A stretch of 62,804 nucleotides of DNA, filler included, from Aduncisulcus paluster (Eukaryota): the NCBI GenBank assembly GCA_024181965.1. It is 4 parts of 4 records of this genome, joined end to end, with 100 filler letters (N's around TTAATTAATTAA, not from the genome) between each part and the next. Parts side by side here need not be neighbours in the genome. Positions count along the whole stretch, not along the records: positions 23,631 to 42,287 come from BQXS01012577.1; 3 more parts are not named here. One strand, written 5' to 3'. Below are positions 23,755 to 32,400 of this stretch, piece after piece (within the stretch, counting starts at the first letter, position 1; each line of letters opens with the position of its first letter). Below the pieces are notes generated by a model. It was not told the DNA's origin. It was given only the letters and a program-made list of their open reading frames with translations, and searched no databases. The position numbers were made by a program, and so were the translations under genes.

Positions 23755-24165
23755 TCACATGTTGAACATGTAATGCCTCCTTTTGCCAATGGGAATGAAG
23801 TTATCAGGGAAAAATCCCTCTGGCATAGTAAACACAAGGGAGTTGATCCAGAACTCTCGACTGCTCTTCTCTCTCCACATTCCTTTCCCTTCAATCTTGC
23901 ACAATGAAACGCTGGGCAAATCAATAGGAAGGAAGTGCCATTCATATTCATGTTTAGGTCTTGTAAATTCATACTTTATGGATGTCATACCATCACAATC
24001 GATGAAAGAGAAGAGAAGAGAGGGTGAACTATCATCCTTCTCCACACAGATATAAGCACCTTTAATTGGACTAGGTGATCTGAAAGGGATGGAAAGATGG
24101 GATAAGGCGAGGAAACCATCTTCTAATTCACCTTCTTCCCGTTTATATTCTTCCCCTTTTAACAT
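23755..24165 (-). pseudogene. 5'-truncated member of an expanded lineage-specific protein family
   Basis: MLKGE...LSHLSIPFRSPSPIKGAYICVEKDDSSPSLLFSF...KYEFTRPKHEYEWHFLPIDL...EGKGMW...INSLVF. Recognised from memory as an Aduncisulcus-type multicopy domain; family-like sequence stops where the Fanzor begins. Confidence 0.55.
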
Positions 24166-26172
24166 CATCAACAACATGATGATCACGACGAACCCCCCAG
24201 AAGTAGAACCAGGCCCAGCAGAAAACTATATCACTATAAAATGTGGTATAAGGAGGATCATTAATCCCCAATACCTAAAAAGAATAGAAGAGGAATGTAT
24301 CGCAGCAAATCGCTGCACCAGACTATCTTCTCTGGTAGCAAACGTGGTTGCTGGCTCAATGGCCGACGAATATACGAGGTGGGTGTATACCCCAAAGTTT
24401 TATCTCTCCTGCTGTGACGCCCTCTTCGCAGATAGAGTTCCGACCCCTTCCGGCCAAACCAGGCCAAAACTCAGAAAGGGATTCCCCCTCCCATTACAGG
24501 AAAAAATTGATGAATGTTGTTGTTGTTTGTTAAAACCTCAAGCAACGAAGAGGGGTAGAGAAATTAAAGGAAGTCTGTGTCCACTGTCGAGCTCCGACCC
24601 AAAGAATTATGGAACAACCCATAATTTAAGCGATCTGATTGTCTTTTGGGCCGATCGAATGGCCGTTTCCACGTCAAAATGGGTGAAAGAGTCCATCCCC
24701 ATTTATAAATTCAGATTACAGCGCTATGGGGGCGATCTTCTAAAGCTAGACGGATGTAAAAACGGTTTCTCAACAATAAGAGAAATATCCAATCAATTGA
24801 ATGAGATAGGTCAATTGATTGGTGACAAAAAGCACTCTTCCGAATCTGTGGCGCCGCCAGTTCAACCGGATCATCCGATTGATGATCAATTAAGTCTCAG
24901 GCCCAAGCTTCCGCCAAGACTTCCTCCGATCCTCCCTACTTCAAAGTCCGGGATGAGGTTCTTCCCTCTGTCTCATTCGCTCCTCAATGCTGCCAAAAAT
25001 AATCTCTTTTCGGCATACGGACTACGCCTGCTCCGAAAAACACTTAAAAAATGCAAAACCAAGGGGCTCGTCTATGTTTTAACAGATGGGGTTGGTGCCC
25101 GCCTCGTTATGGGACCAAAAACCTCTGATCAGTATAAAATTTCGGTATCGAGCCTAATTTCCTCTCCCGCCCCCAAGCAGACTGCAAGCCTGGTTTCCTC
25201 TCCCGTCTCCGTGCAGGCTCCATCTACATTGTGCCTCGGCATCGACCCTGGCAGAGCTGTCATTGCCGGCACTGCTCTCGTGTTAAAGGACGAAGCCGGT
25301 GGTCCAGCAAGCGAGAAGACCGAATTCAGTGTGATCCCAAAGGGGATACGAAGAGGAGAGAACAAAAGAAACGAAAAGCAAGCGAGAAACAGGAAGAAGT
25401 TGCTTACCCTTTCACTAAATCGGCTAAATCTACCCCAACTGCGAACTCCTAATACTGAGGTTTTAAAAGAACGTCTCAGAAAGGAGTTCGCAGTTTGGGA
25501 TAGTTTTAGACAATTATCTGAAGCAAAATTCTGGCGTCGTCAGCGTTTCGGACGAGATTTAATGCTGGAAAAGAAAATAACGAAATACACGTCTGACCAT
25601 ATTAAATTGGCAAGGAAAATTGGTGCTAATTTTCTTTTGGCATACGGAGATGCCGGGGAAGGCTATAAAAAGGCCTTTTCAGCTTCAGGAAAGGGACATC
25701 CAGCAACACCCGCAGTAAAAAAGGTTCCAAGAATAATGTCACATGTTGTAAAGAATATGGGTGGGATATTTATCAAAGTTGACGAATATCACACTTCCAA
25801 ATTATGTCCATATTGTTACAAAAAACTTGGCACGATGAATCCGAAAACCCGTTTGAGAAAGTGTACTGATGGTTGTCATAAAGAAGGCCACCGTGATTCT
25901 TTAGCTGCATTAAATATTGCTAATCTTGGTTATTATGAGTTTCTAGGTATCCCAAGACCTCCAGAATTTTGTTATTCCCACCAAGATCTTCATCATCCTC
26001 GACCACATCCAAGACAAAGACATTCCTCTGGATTATAATTCTATTTTACCAATTTTACTACTTTTACTCACCGCGTGTTTTCACGATGGTGCAATTTGAA
26101 CAATCTTTTTGCATGTTGTCGCTTTGCGACGCATCGCAAATTGAATTTGTTCGTTTTTGTTATCGTCATCAA
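24165..26172 (+). mobile_element. Putative non-autonomous Fanzor1 element (boundaries tentative)
   Basis: Fanzor ORF plus structured 3' end, host gene truncated at the left edge, TCATCAA at both 24165-24171 and 26166-26172, and no transposase on the contig. Confidence 0.45.
24176..26038 (+). CDS. Fz1: Fanzor1 (eukaryotic TnpB-family RNA-guided DNA endonuclease), about 620 aa, intronless
   Basis: Numbering from ORF start 24089: N-terminal ITIKC, LTDGV, RuvC-I LGIDPG (D386), LAYGD (Gly at the canonical RuvC-II Glu site), rearranged catalytic Glu in VDEYHTSKLCPYC (E566), zinc finger C573/C576/C592/C596, RuvC-III HRDSLAALNI (D603) and Fanzor1-type RPPEF tail. Likely start at M30 (24176). Confidence 0.9.
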   Translation: MMITTNPPEVEPGPAENYITIKCGIRRIINPQYLKRIEEECIAANRCTRLSSLVANVVAGSMADEYTRWVYTPKFYLSCCDALFADRVPTPSGQTRPKLRKGFPLPLQEKIDECCCCLLKPQATKRGREIKGSLCPLSSSDPKNYGTTHNLSDLIVFWADRMAVSTSKWVKESIPIYKFRLQRYGGDLLKLDGCKNGFSTIREISNQLNEIGQLIGDKKHSSESVAPPVQPDHPIDDQLSLRPKLPPRLPPILPTSKSGMRFFPLSHSLLNAAKNNLFSAYGLRLLRKTLKKCKTKGLVYVLTDGVGARLVMGPKTSDQYKISVSSLISSPAPKQTASLVSSPVSVQAPSTLCLGIDPGRAVIAGTALVLKDEAGGPASEKTEFSVIPKGIRRGENKRNEKQARNRKKLLTLSLNRLNLPQLRTPNTEVLKERLRKEFAVWDSFRQLSEAKFWRRQRFGRDLMLEKKITKYTSDHIKLARKIGANFLLAYGDAGEGYKKAFSASGKGHPATPAVKKVPRIMSHVVKNMGGIFIKVDEYHTSKLCPYCYKKLGTMNPKTRLRKCTDGCHKEGHRDSLAALNIANLGYYEFLGIPRPPEFCYSHQDLHHPRPHPRQRHSSGL

Positions 26173-26190
26173 TAAAATATTGGGATCTTC
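26060..26190 (+). ncRNA. Candidate Fanzor omegaRNA (scaffold plus 3' guide); ends uncertain
   Basis: Immediately 3' of the Fanzor stop. Hairpin CACC-G-CGTG-tttt-CACG-AT-GGTG (26069-26091), then a long stem GAACAA..TTTGC-ATGT-T-GTCGC-ttt-GCGAC-GCAT-C-GCAAA..TTGTTC (26098-26152). Confidence 0.6.
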
Positions 26191-26290
26191 ATCAGTTATA
26201 ACTTTAAATGGCTATAAAACATTCATTATGGCAAAAATATCTTTTTGGAATCATTCCCAACTCTGTAGAACCGAAAAGTTCAGTTCAGCT

Positions 26291-26878
26291 GCTTGCATCG
26301 ATAAATAAGATTATTGCAAATATTTACTTCCATTTAACTATACACCTTGTTCAGCTTGAGATAGCAATTGTTCACAGATATCAGCCAATTCCTGCCTTTC
26401 GCCCTCTTTCACTTCCAATTCCTCAGTCAAAGTCTTAGTTTTCTCCTGCAAATTAGACATTGTGCTCTCCAAAAGCTCCACACGAGCAGCAATGCGGTCT
26501 TCTCTCTTTCTGGCCCGTTCAGCAGCGACGATTGCCTCTTTCCTTTCCCTTTCACTGACTTTGATGCGATGTTGNNNNNNNNNNNNNNNNNNNNGCTTGC
26601 ATCGATAAATAAGATTATTGCAAATATTTACTTCCATTTAACTATACACCTTGTTCAGCTTGAGATAGCAATTGTTCACAGATATCAGCCAATTCCTGCC
26701 TTTCGCCCTCTTTCACTTCCAATTCCTCAGTCAAAGTCTTAGTTTTCTCCTGCAAATTAGACATTGTGCTCTCCAAAAGCTCCACACGAGCAGCAATGCC
26801 GTCTTCTCTCTTTCTGGCCCGTTCAGCAGCGACGATTGCCTCTTTCCTTTCCCTTTCACTGACTTTGATGCGATGTTG
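26291..26878. repeat. 284-bp duplication flanking a 20-N gap (scaffolding artefact duplicating the TACC gene 3' end)
   Basis: 26291-26574 is repeated at 26595-26878, with one visible mismatch (aatgcggtc vs aatgccgtc). Confidence 0.9.
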
Positions 26879-28660
26879 GAGTTCTTCAATCTTCTCTTCA
26901 GCCGATCTACGCGCACTCTGGGCTTTTAATAGCTTATCTTCAACCTGTGTCACACTCTCACGCATACCTTGGGCTTCTTTCTCAGCAAGTTCACGCCTCT
27001 TCGTTTCCTCAATGAGAGTCGAATGGGCGGATGAGAGCTTTTCTTCGGCTGTCTTACGCAATTGCGCATATTTCTGCTGCACATCACCCAATGTTTCAGT
27101 CAATTTCCCATAATTCTCGCGGATAGAGGTCAACTGGGTCGTGTTCTCAGCATTTTGACTCTTCAAATGGTCGTATTTTAGTTTTAACCTTGAGAAAGCG
27201 TCTTCACTCTTGATGGCTTTCTTCTCAAGGGTTTCATTCTCACTTTTTAGCATGACAATCTTTCTCTGTAACCCTAGTACTTCGTGTTCAGTCTTCTGTT
27301 CGTCACTCTTCAGCATGCTTTGCAATGTGCACTCGTATTGTTCGATAATTGATGTTAACTTAATCAAATCAGAGCTCACACTCTCATATTTCACAAGGAG
27401 ATCCTGGTTTTCACGCTCGAGGGCACTATAGGATAGTCTAGAGGGGGAATGACCGCCGAATCCACTCATACGCCTGGAAATGCCACGATGGGACGATGAA
27501 GTCATGTTTTTACCAGGAGAAGCAGCTGGTGACATCGTGGACTGGTCGATCTGTGATGGAGAGATCCTCTTATGCTTAGAAGGGGTAGATGACGATAAGG
27601 CATCCTGGGCAGAAGAAATGGGATGGGACATTGAAGCAGAGGCAGGAGAATGAAGTGGGGGAGTCGAATGACCACCAGATGAACCAACTTGGCGGAAGGG
27701 GGACAAGGTGGTCTCTGTAAATTGTTCTGGTGGAGATATCTTCTTGGGGGTTAGAATATATTGACGTTCCCTTCTTAATCTGGCAGCTTCCTCATCTTCT
27801 TTAAGTCTTTTGGCCTCATCTTTCCGTTTTTCATCCTCAAGCATCTCCAAACGCAATTTACCTTCCCTTTCGGTAAATTCATGTGGATATGAGGTATCCA
27901 TTGGTTGATCATCTTCTTCTTCATCTTTAAAAGGTTGGGGTGCCCGATCCTCGTCGAAAATATCTTCCTGATTCGACTCCAGAGGATTTTCTATTACATC
28001 TTCGTCATCCTTTTCTTCTTCCATTTCAATTTGTTTTGATTCTTGAAGTTTTCTACTTGTTCTTTCTGCTTCTTCTTGTTCCAATCGTTTTTGTTCTTCT
28101 TCTCCAATCTCCCAACCCTCATCCTGGCCATTTTCAATTTCTTGCGGGGCATCAGCTTTTTCAGACTTTGAGCTCTCAGAAAACGTGTCTAGCAATTGTT
28201 GTTTAAGTTTTTTATCATCAGATTCCCATTGGTCTAATTCGATTCGACTTTGAGGAGGCAAAGGAATATGAGCCACCAAAGAAACAATAGCTTCAGCATA
28301 TGCTTCACATACATTAGGCCTGGGATCATTACAGAATTCCAAACACTTTGAAAAAACGCCACTAATATATGGAGTGAAGATTGAAGTAAAAATAGGTACT
28401 GACACACGAAGTACGTTTGCAACTGCCCTTAATATCGTTGATCTAGTTTCAACTAATTGAGCTTCAAACGCTTTGATCAATGGTTCGGCAACTTCTTTCA
28501 AAGCAATCCTATCAGCTTCTGTTTGGTCTTTTGGAAGTTTATAATCTGATATTTTTCGTGATAAATTTGTTAAGGCGTTAAGTCTTGAAAACCAATGGGT
28601 AGAAATACCCATTAGGGATTGAAGATGATCATCCATTTTGTGCAAGAACACCATTTTCAT
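26642..28660 (-). CDS. TACC-domain coiled-coil protein with an N-terminal TOG/CLASP-like HEAT domain
   Basis: TACC signatures IIEQYECTLQSM, EDAFSRLKLKYDHLK, KYAQLRKTAEEKLSSA and ELADICEQLL. N-terminal THWFSRLNAL...VETRSTILRAV...FTPYI...CNDPRPNVCEAYAEAI is TOG/CLASP_N-like. Start may be 28636. Confidence 0.75.
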   Translation of the reverse strand: MKMVFLHKMDDHLQSLMGISTHWFSRLNALTNLSRKISDYKLPKDQTEADRIALKEVAEPLIKAFEAQLVETRSTILRAVANVLRVSVPIFTSIFTPYISGVFSKCLEFCNDPRPNVCEAYAEAIVSLVAHIPLPPQSRIELDQWESDDKKLKQQLLDTFSESSKSEKADAPQEIENGQDEGWEIGEEEQKRLEQEEAERTSRKLQESKQIEMEEEKDDEDVIENPLESNQEDIFDEDRAPQPFKDEEEDDQPMDTSYPHEFTEREGKLRLEMLEDEKRKDEAKRLKEDEEAARLRRERQYILTPKKISPPEQFTETTLSPFRQVGSSGGHSTPPLHSPASASMSHPISSAQDALSSSTPSKHKRISPSQIDQSTMSPAASPGKNMTSSSHRGISRRMSGFGGHSPSRLSYSALERENQDLLVKYESVSSDLIKLTSIIEQYECTLQSMLKSDEQKTEHEVLGLQRKIVMLKSENETLEKKAIKSEDAFSRLKLKYDHLKSQNAENTTQLTSIRENYGKLTETLGDVQQKYAQLRKTAEEKLSSAHSTLIEETKRRELAEKEAQGMRESVTQVEDKLLKAQSARRSAEEKIEELQHRIKVSERERKEAIVAAERARKREDGIAARVELLESTMSNLQEKTKTLTEELEVKEGERQELADICEQLLSQAEQGV

Positions 28661-28756
28661 TCAAAAAAAATGAAAGTCATAAATGAGCAATAAAACCCAA
28701 AATTAAAGATTAAAAGACAATTTTTATTATATAATAATATATTGATCGACAAAATA

Positions 28757-29263
28757 CTATTCAAATTTTTTGTTATGAAATCTTGATTGAATGTTTTTCT
28801 TTCCACACTTCCAACAATGTATATGGACTTGTGCAATGTGTTTTTTTGCAATACATTTTTCATATTCATCGCTTTCATGAGATTTTTTATCCTGTTTCTT
28901 TATAGTGCCTTCATAAGCCTTTGAAGCTCTATGTATTCGAACAGAACAATTCTTTCCGGGTAATAATGGGATATAACACGATGAGCAAACAGTTTGCCGT
29001 ATTCCAGCTGGTCTAAAATTGATACAAAAGGATACATGCTAAGGTGGGAAGGAGGTCGCTATATAAAATAAAAAATAAAAATATATCACATACATTGTAT
29101 ATACAACTTTTTGCCCAGCTTTAAATGCTTGATGTATTAATTTTTTAGCCATTTCAGGATTATCTTCGGCTAAAAGAAAAGCTTGATCAAATAACATTAT
29201 AATACCATCTTTAGCTACAACATTTTTACGTTTTTTGCCTTGTTTCTTAATTTTTTTTGCCAT
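28757..29263 (-). CDS. RPP21: RNase P/MRP subunit Rpr2/Rpp21/Snm1 family, two exons (29263-29094, 29012-28757), 141 aa
   Basis: Removing the 81-nt GTATGT..TTTAG intron (29013-29093) gives ...KAGQKVVYTIPAGIRQTVCSSCYIPLLPGKNCSVRI...IHCWKCGKK, the Rpr2 zinc ribbon. Confidence 0.85.
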
Positions 29264-29420
29264 TAACCGTGCAAAAATGGAAAAAAGAATCCACATCATT
29301 ATTCAGCATATTAATCAGCATTATAAGAACTAAAACAGGCTTTATCTGGCATAATATTAATGAAAAATGTATTTACTAAGCGTATATTAAATGACTATTC
29401 AATGAGAGTTGTTGGATCGC

Positions 29421-32400
29421 TTATTTTCCGGTATTTCCTTCCACAATTTGTGATATTTTCTTCTGTCCCACACTCTTTGGGTTCAAAAACACAGATTCTT
29501 TCAAACACAAACACCTAAATATCATTGTATCGATACATTGACTTGCAACTCTGACTATTTTAAGGAACAAATAGTCAAACATGACCAAAAATAGAATAAT
29601 GATAATCGGTGCGTACACGTATAGATGGATTTCGACATTCTCAATGAGTAAATTAACGGCAGTGAACATTTGATGGTTGGACATTTCCATCCCTTCGCCA
29701 ACAAACAGACTATCCTGCCAAAGAGGTAAGAAATGATACTGGAAAATGTCATAAGAGAAATAATCATTCGAGTCAAAAAGAGTCATCTTCGAACCGTTCC
29801 CAATTGAACCAATGATTCGCTCGATGGCAGTCGACACAGGTGAAGAGAACATATCTGCACTCATGGAATCCTCGCAGAAATCATTGTCGAGGGAAGATAA
29901 GTCGTACCCCTTGGATATCTCAATTATAGGGATTCCATGTGAGCAGATCAAACACTCGGTGTAGTCTGCAGGCTCTGTCAGAGGAATATCCTCATCTTCT
30001 TCTGTCATTGTATACACAGATGTTATAGTTCTATCTTTTTGATCCCCATCCGAATAACTATCGGTTCCATCCGAATAACTATTGGTTCCATCCGAATAAC
30101 TATTGGTTCCATCCGAATTACTATGATTGATATGAAGTGAAGAAGAAGAAGAAGAAGAAGAAGAAGTATTATTCATGTATAATAATTGTCTGTTCTTTTG
30201 AATCGACCGTTTCTTCAGAGAGGTCGGATAAGTTGAGGGGTAAGAAGAGGAAGAGGGATGCAACAGTCTAAGATCTGAATGAGAGAATGTCTTCGACTTA
30301 GCAGAATTAGCCTTAACATTATTATTGATATTACTTGAGGAATTAGCTTTATAATAATTTAAAATATCTTGATCTGAAGAAATCTTATGGCTAATCCCCA
30401 AATGAGGAATATTGCCGGAAGAAGAAGTTTCTTGAGTTTTTGAAGAGATCATTTGAAAAGAATCTGAAAAATTATTATTATTATATTTGGAAAGAATGCT
30501 GGAATTACTCGTTGAGGACCTATAAGAAGCATCGTAGTGGCAATCAGCAGAGAACTTATGATAATCGGAGTCATATTCTTTTTGTAAAATGTTACATTTT
30601 TCAGAGAAGAAAGGAACCCGCATAAATGAATTCAAAGAACTATTTCCAAGGCCCAAATTATGAATAAAACTATTGAACGAGAGGAAATGTCGATCCATGG
30701 ACTCAAGAGTTAGCAACATAAGATCTGAGGTATTTGATGTATCTCCAGGTTTGACCATCAATCGAGAGAATGCAAGAGTAGGAAGTGCTTGTGAAAACAA
30801 CGTCAACGAAGTGCTGTCGTGAAGATAATAAAAAAATGTTACAATCGAATCGATCTTTCTAAAGAATGCAAATATCATGTATGTCAGAAGAATAAACATT
30901 ACAATACACACAAAAGCTATGCGTCGGTATAAATTACCGTGAGTCCGCAACAAACTATCATCGAGTTTCTTCCTTTCATTCTTGGCCATAGCAGACGCAG
31001 ACTTCTGCATGGCACTAGCATTCACAACAACAAAACACATGTTTATGACCAAACACATGATTGTGAATAGAGATTCATACGTAATGGCTTGACCACTGAA
31101 CTTTACACTCTTTCTAGTTAACTTGTAATCAGTATCAAGGACAACATCAGAGATATCCGAATGCAATTCTTCAAGATACGCTTGGAGATCCATAATACAT
31201 TGGATAATATTGGGAATATGCTCAACCAGAAGATTGTACCGATCATCAATACTTATCATATTTGGGATATCTGTGGCACTCATGGAGACTACAGTTGGAG
31301 AAAGCCGCTCATATTCTCGCATTTCATCAACTAGATCATCGATAAGCGTGAATAATGATGTTTTATGCATTAATATAGATGCACTGACTTCATCTTCATC
31401 AAATGGAATAGAATCGACATCATGGAACACCGGATACGGCCCGTCATACATCATACCTGTCGGCTCAGGGAAGTAAGGGTGATCAGATTGGAATAAAAGG
31501 TTGTCATTCTGATAATCAAGTAAGATATTGTCGAATATAATTCCCTTTTTAGCTCGAGAGACCGAGGAAGAAGTTCCAAGGAAAACACCACGAGCAATTC
31601 GATGAGCTGCCTGATAGAGAGATTGATTAAACAAGAATTTATGCTTGTGAAGAGCGACAAGGCCTGATGATTCAAGAGCAACGCCTTCAAACCCGTTTCT
31701 ACTGCATATAACATATGAACGAGTCAAGAAAACTGTGAGAAATATAGAATTGACAACAAATATGAAATTAAGAAATGTAAATCCCTTTGAGTTTATATTA
31801 GATCGGATAGTGCAGAAATAAATCCCAAAGAATGCACACATCAAGAAGACAGCTCCATACGCAGCGGAGAGGAATAGATACTTAAATCTTTCCTGCATTT
31901 GTTCCGCTACAATGTCGGCTGAAGAAGATATTAGTTTGAGTCGCATCGACTCATTCAATTCCATCTGAATGTTTGTACTTACATCGTCAATCATTGTCGA
32001 TATTGCTGTCAATATTCGATCACCGACTGTCGTTTCTCCAGATTCTTCATCCTCATTCCAACAGATCTTATCATAATCTTCAGTCGAAGAAGTGAATGGA
32101 TATGGACGTTCAAAATCATCTTCATCATTTAGATAAGGAATCGAAGCAGTGTAGTAAAAATTATCCAATGTCGGGTGCTCGACGGAAAAAGTGTTCTCAT
32201 AGCAAGAATTGGAAAGGTCCAGTGAAACAAAAGTAAACATCTCGAAAGTTCTTCGCTTCTCCGAATTTTCGAGGAAATATGAGAAGAACCGAGGATCAAT
32301 GGTTGAATCACTCATGAGAAGCTGAAGTAAGTGGATCGATGAAGAAATATCTAACAAATAATTCGCTTCGCCAGTCAAATCGAACAAAAGAGTTTTCATA

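Noticed and set aside
24089..24175. First 29 codons of the 649-aa Fanzor ORF as its real N-terminus
   Set aside because: They are the antisense of the host-family coding fragment; ATG 24176/24179 just inside the junction is more plausible.
24176..26038. Bacterial contaminant TnpB or Cas12
   Set aside because: No CRISPR array, cas genes or TnpA; the motifs are Fanzor1-type and the contig carries intron-containing eukaryotic genes.
26291..26878. Direct repeat next to the Fanzor as an LTR or element end
   Set aside because: It is the TACC gene 3' end duplicated across a 20-N gap, the same artefact as at 1.6-2.0 kb and 3.6-4.1 kb.
7477..29263. Hexamitid-type TAA/TAG=Gln genetic code
   Set aside because: Conserved genes end at TAA/TAG at their expected lengths (RPL27, Dpy-30, actinin, Rpp21), and long ORFs are open under the standard code.
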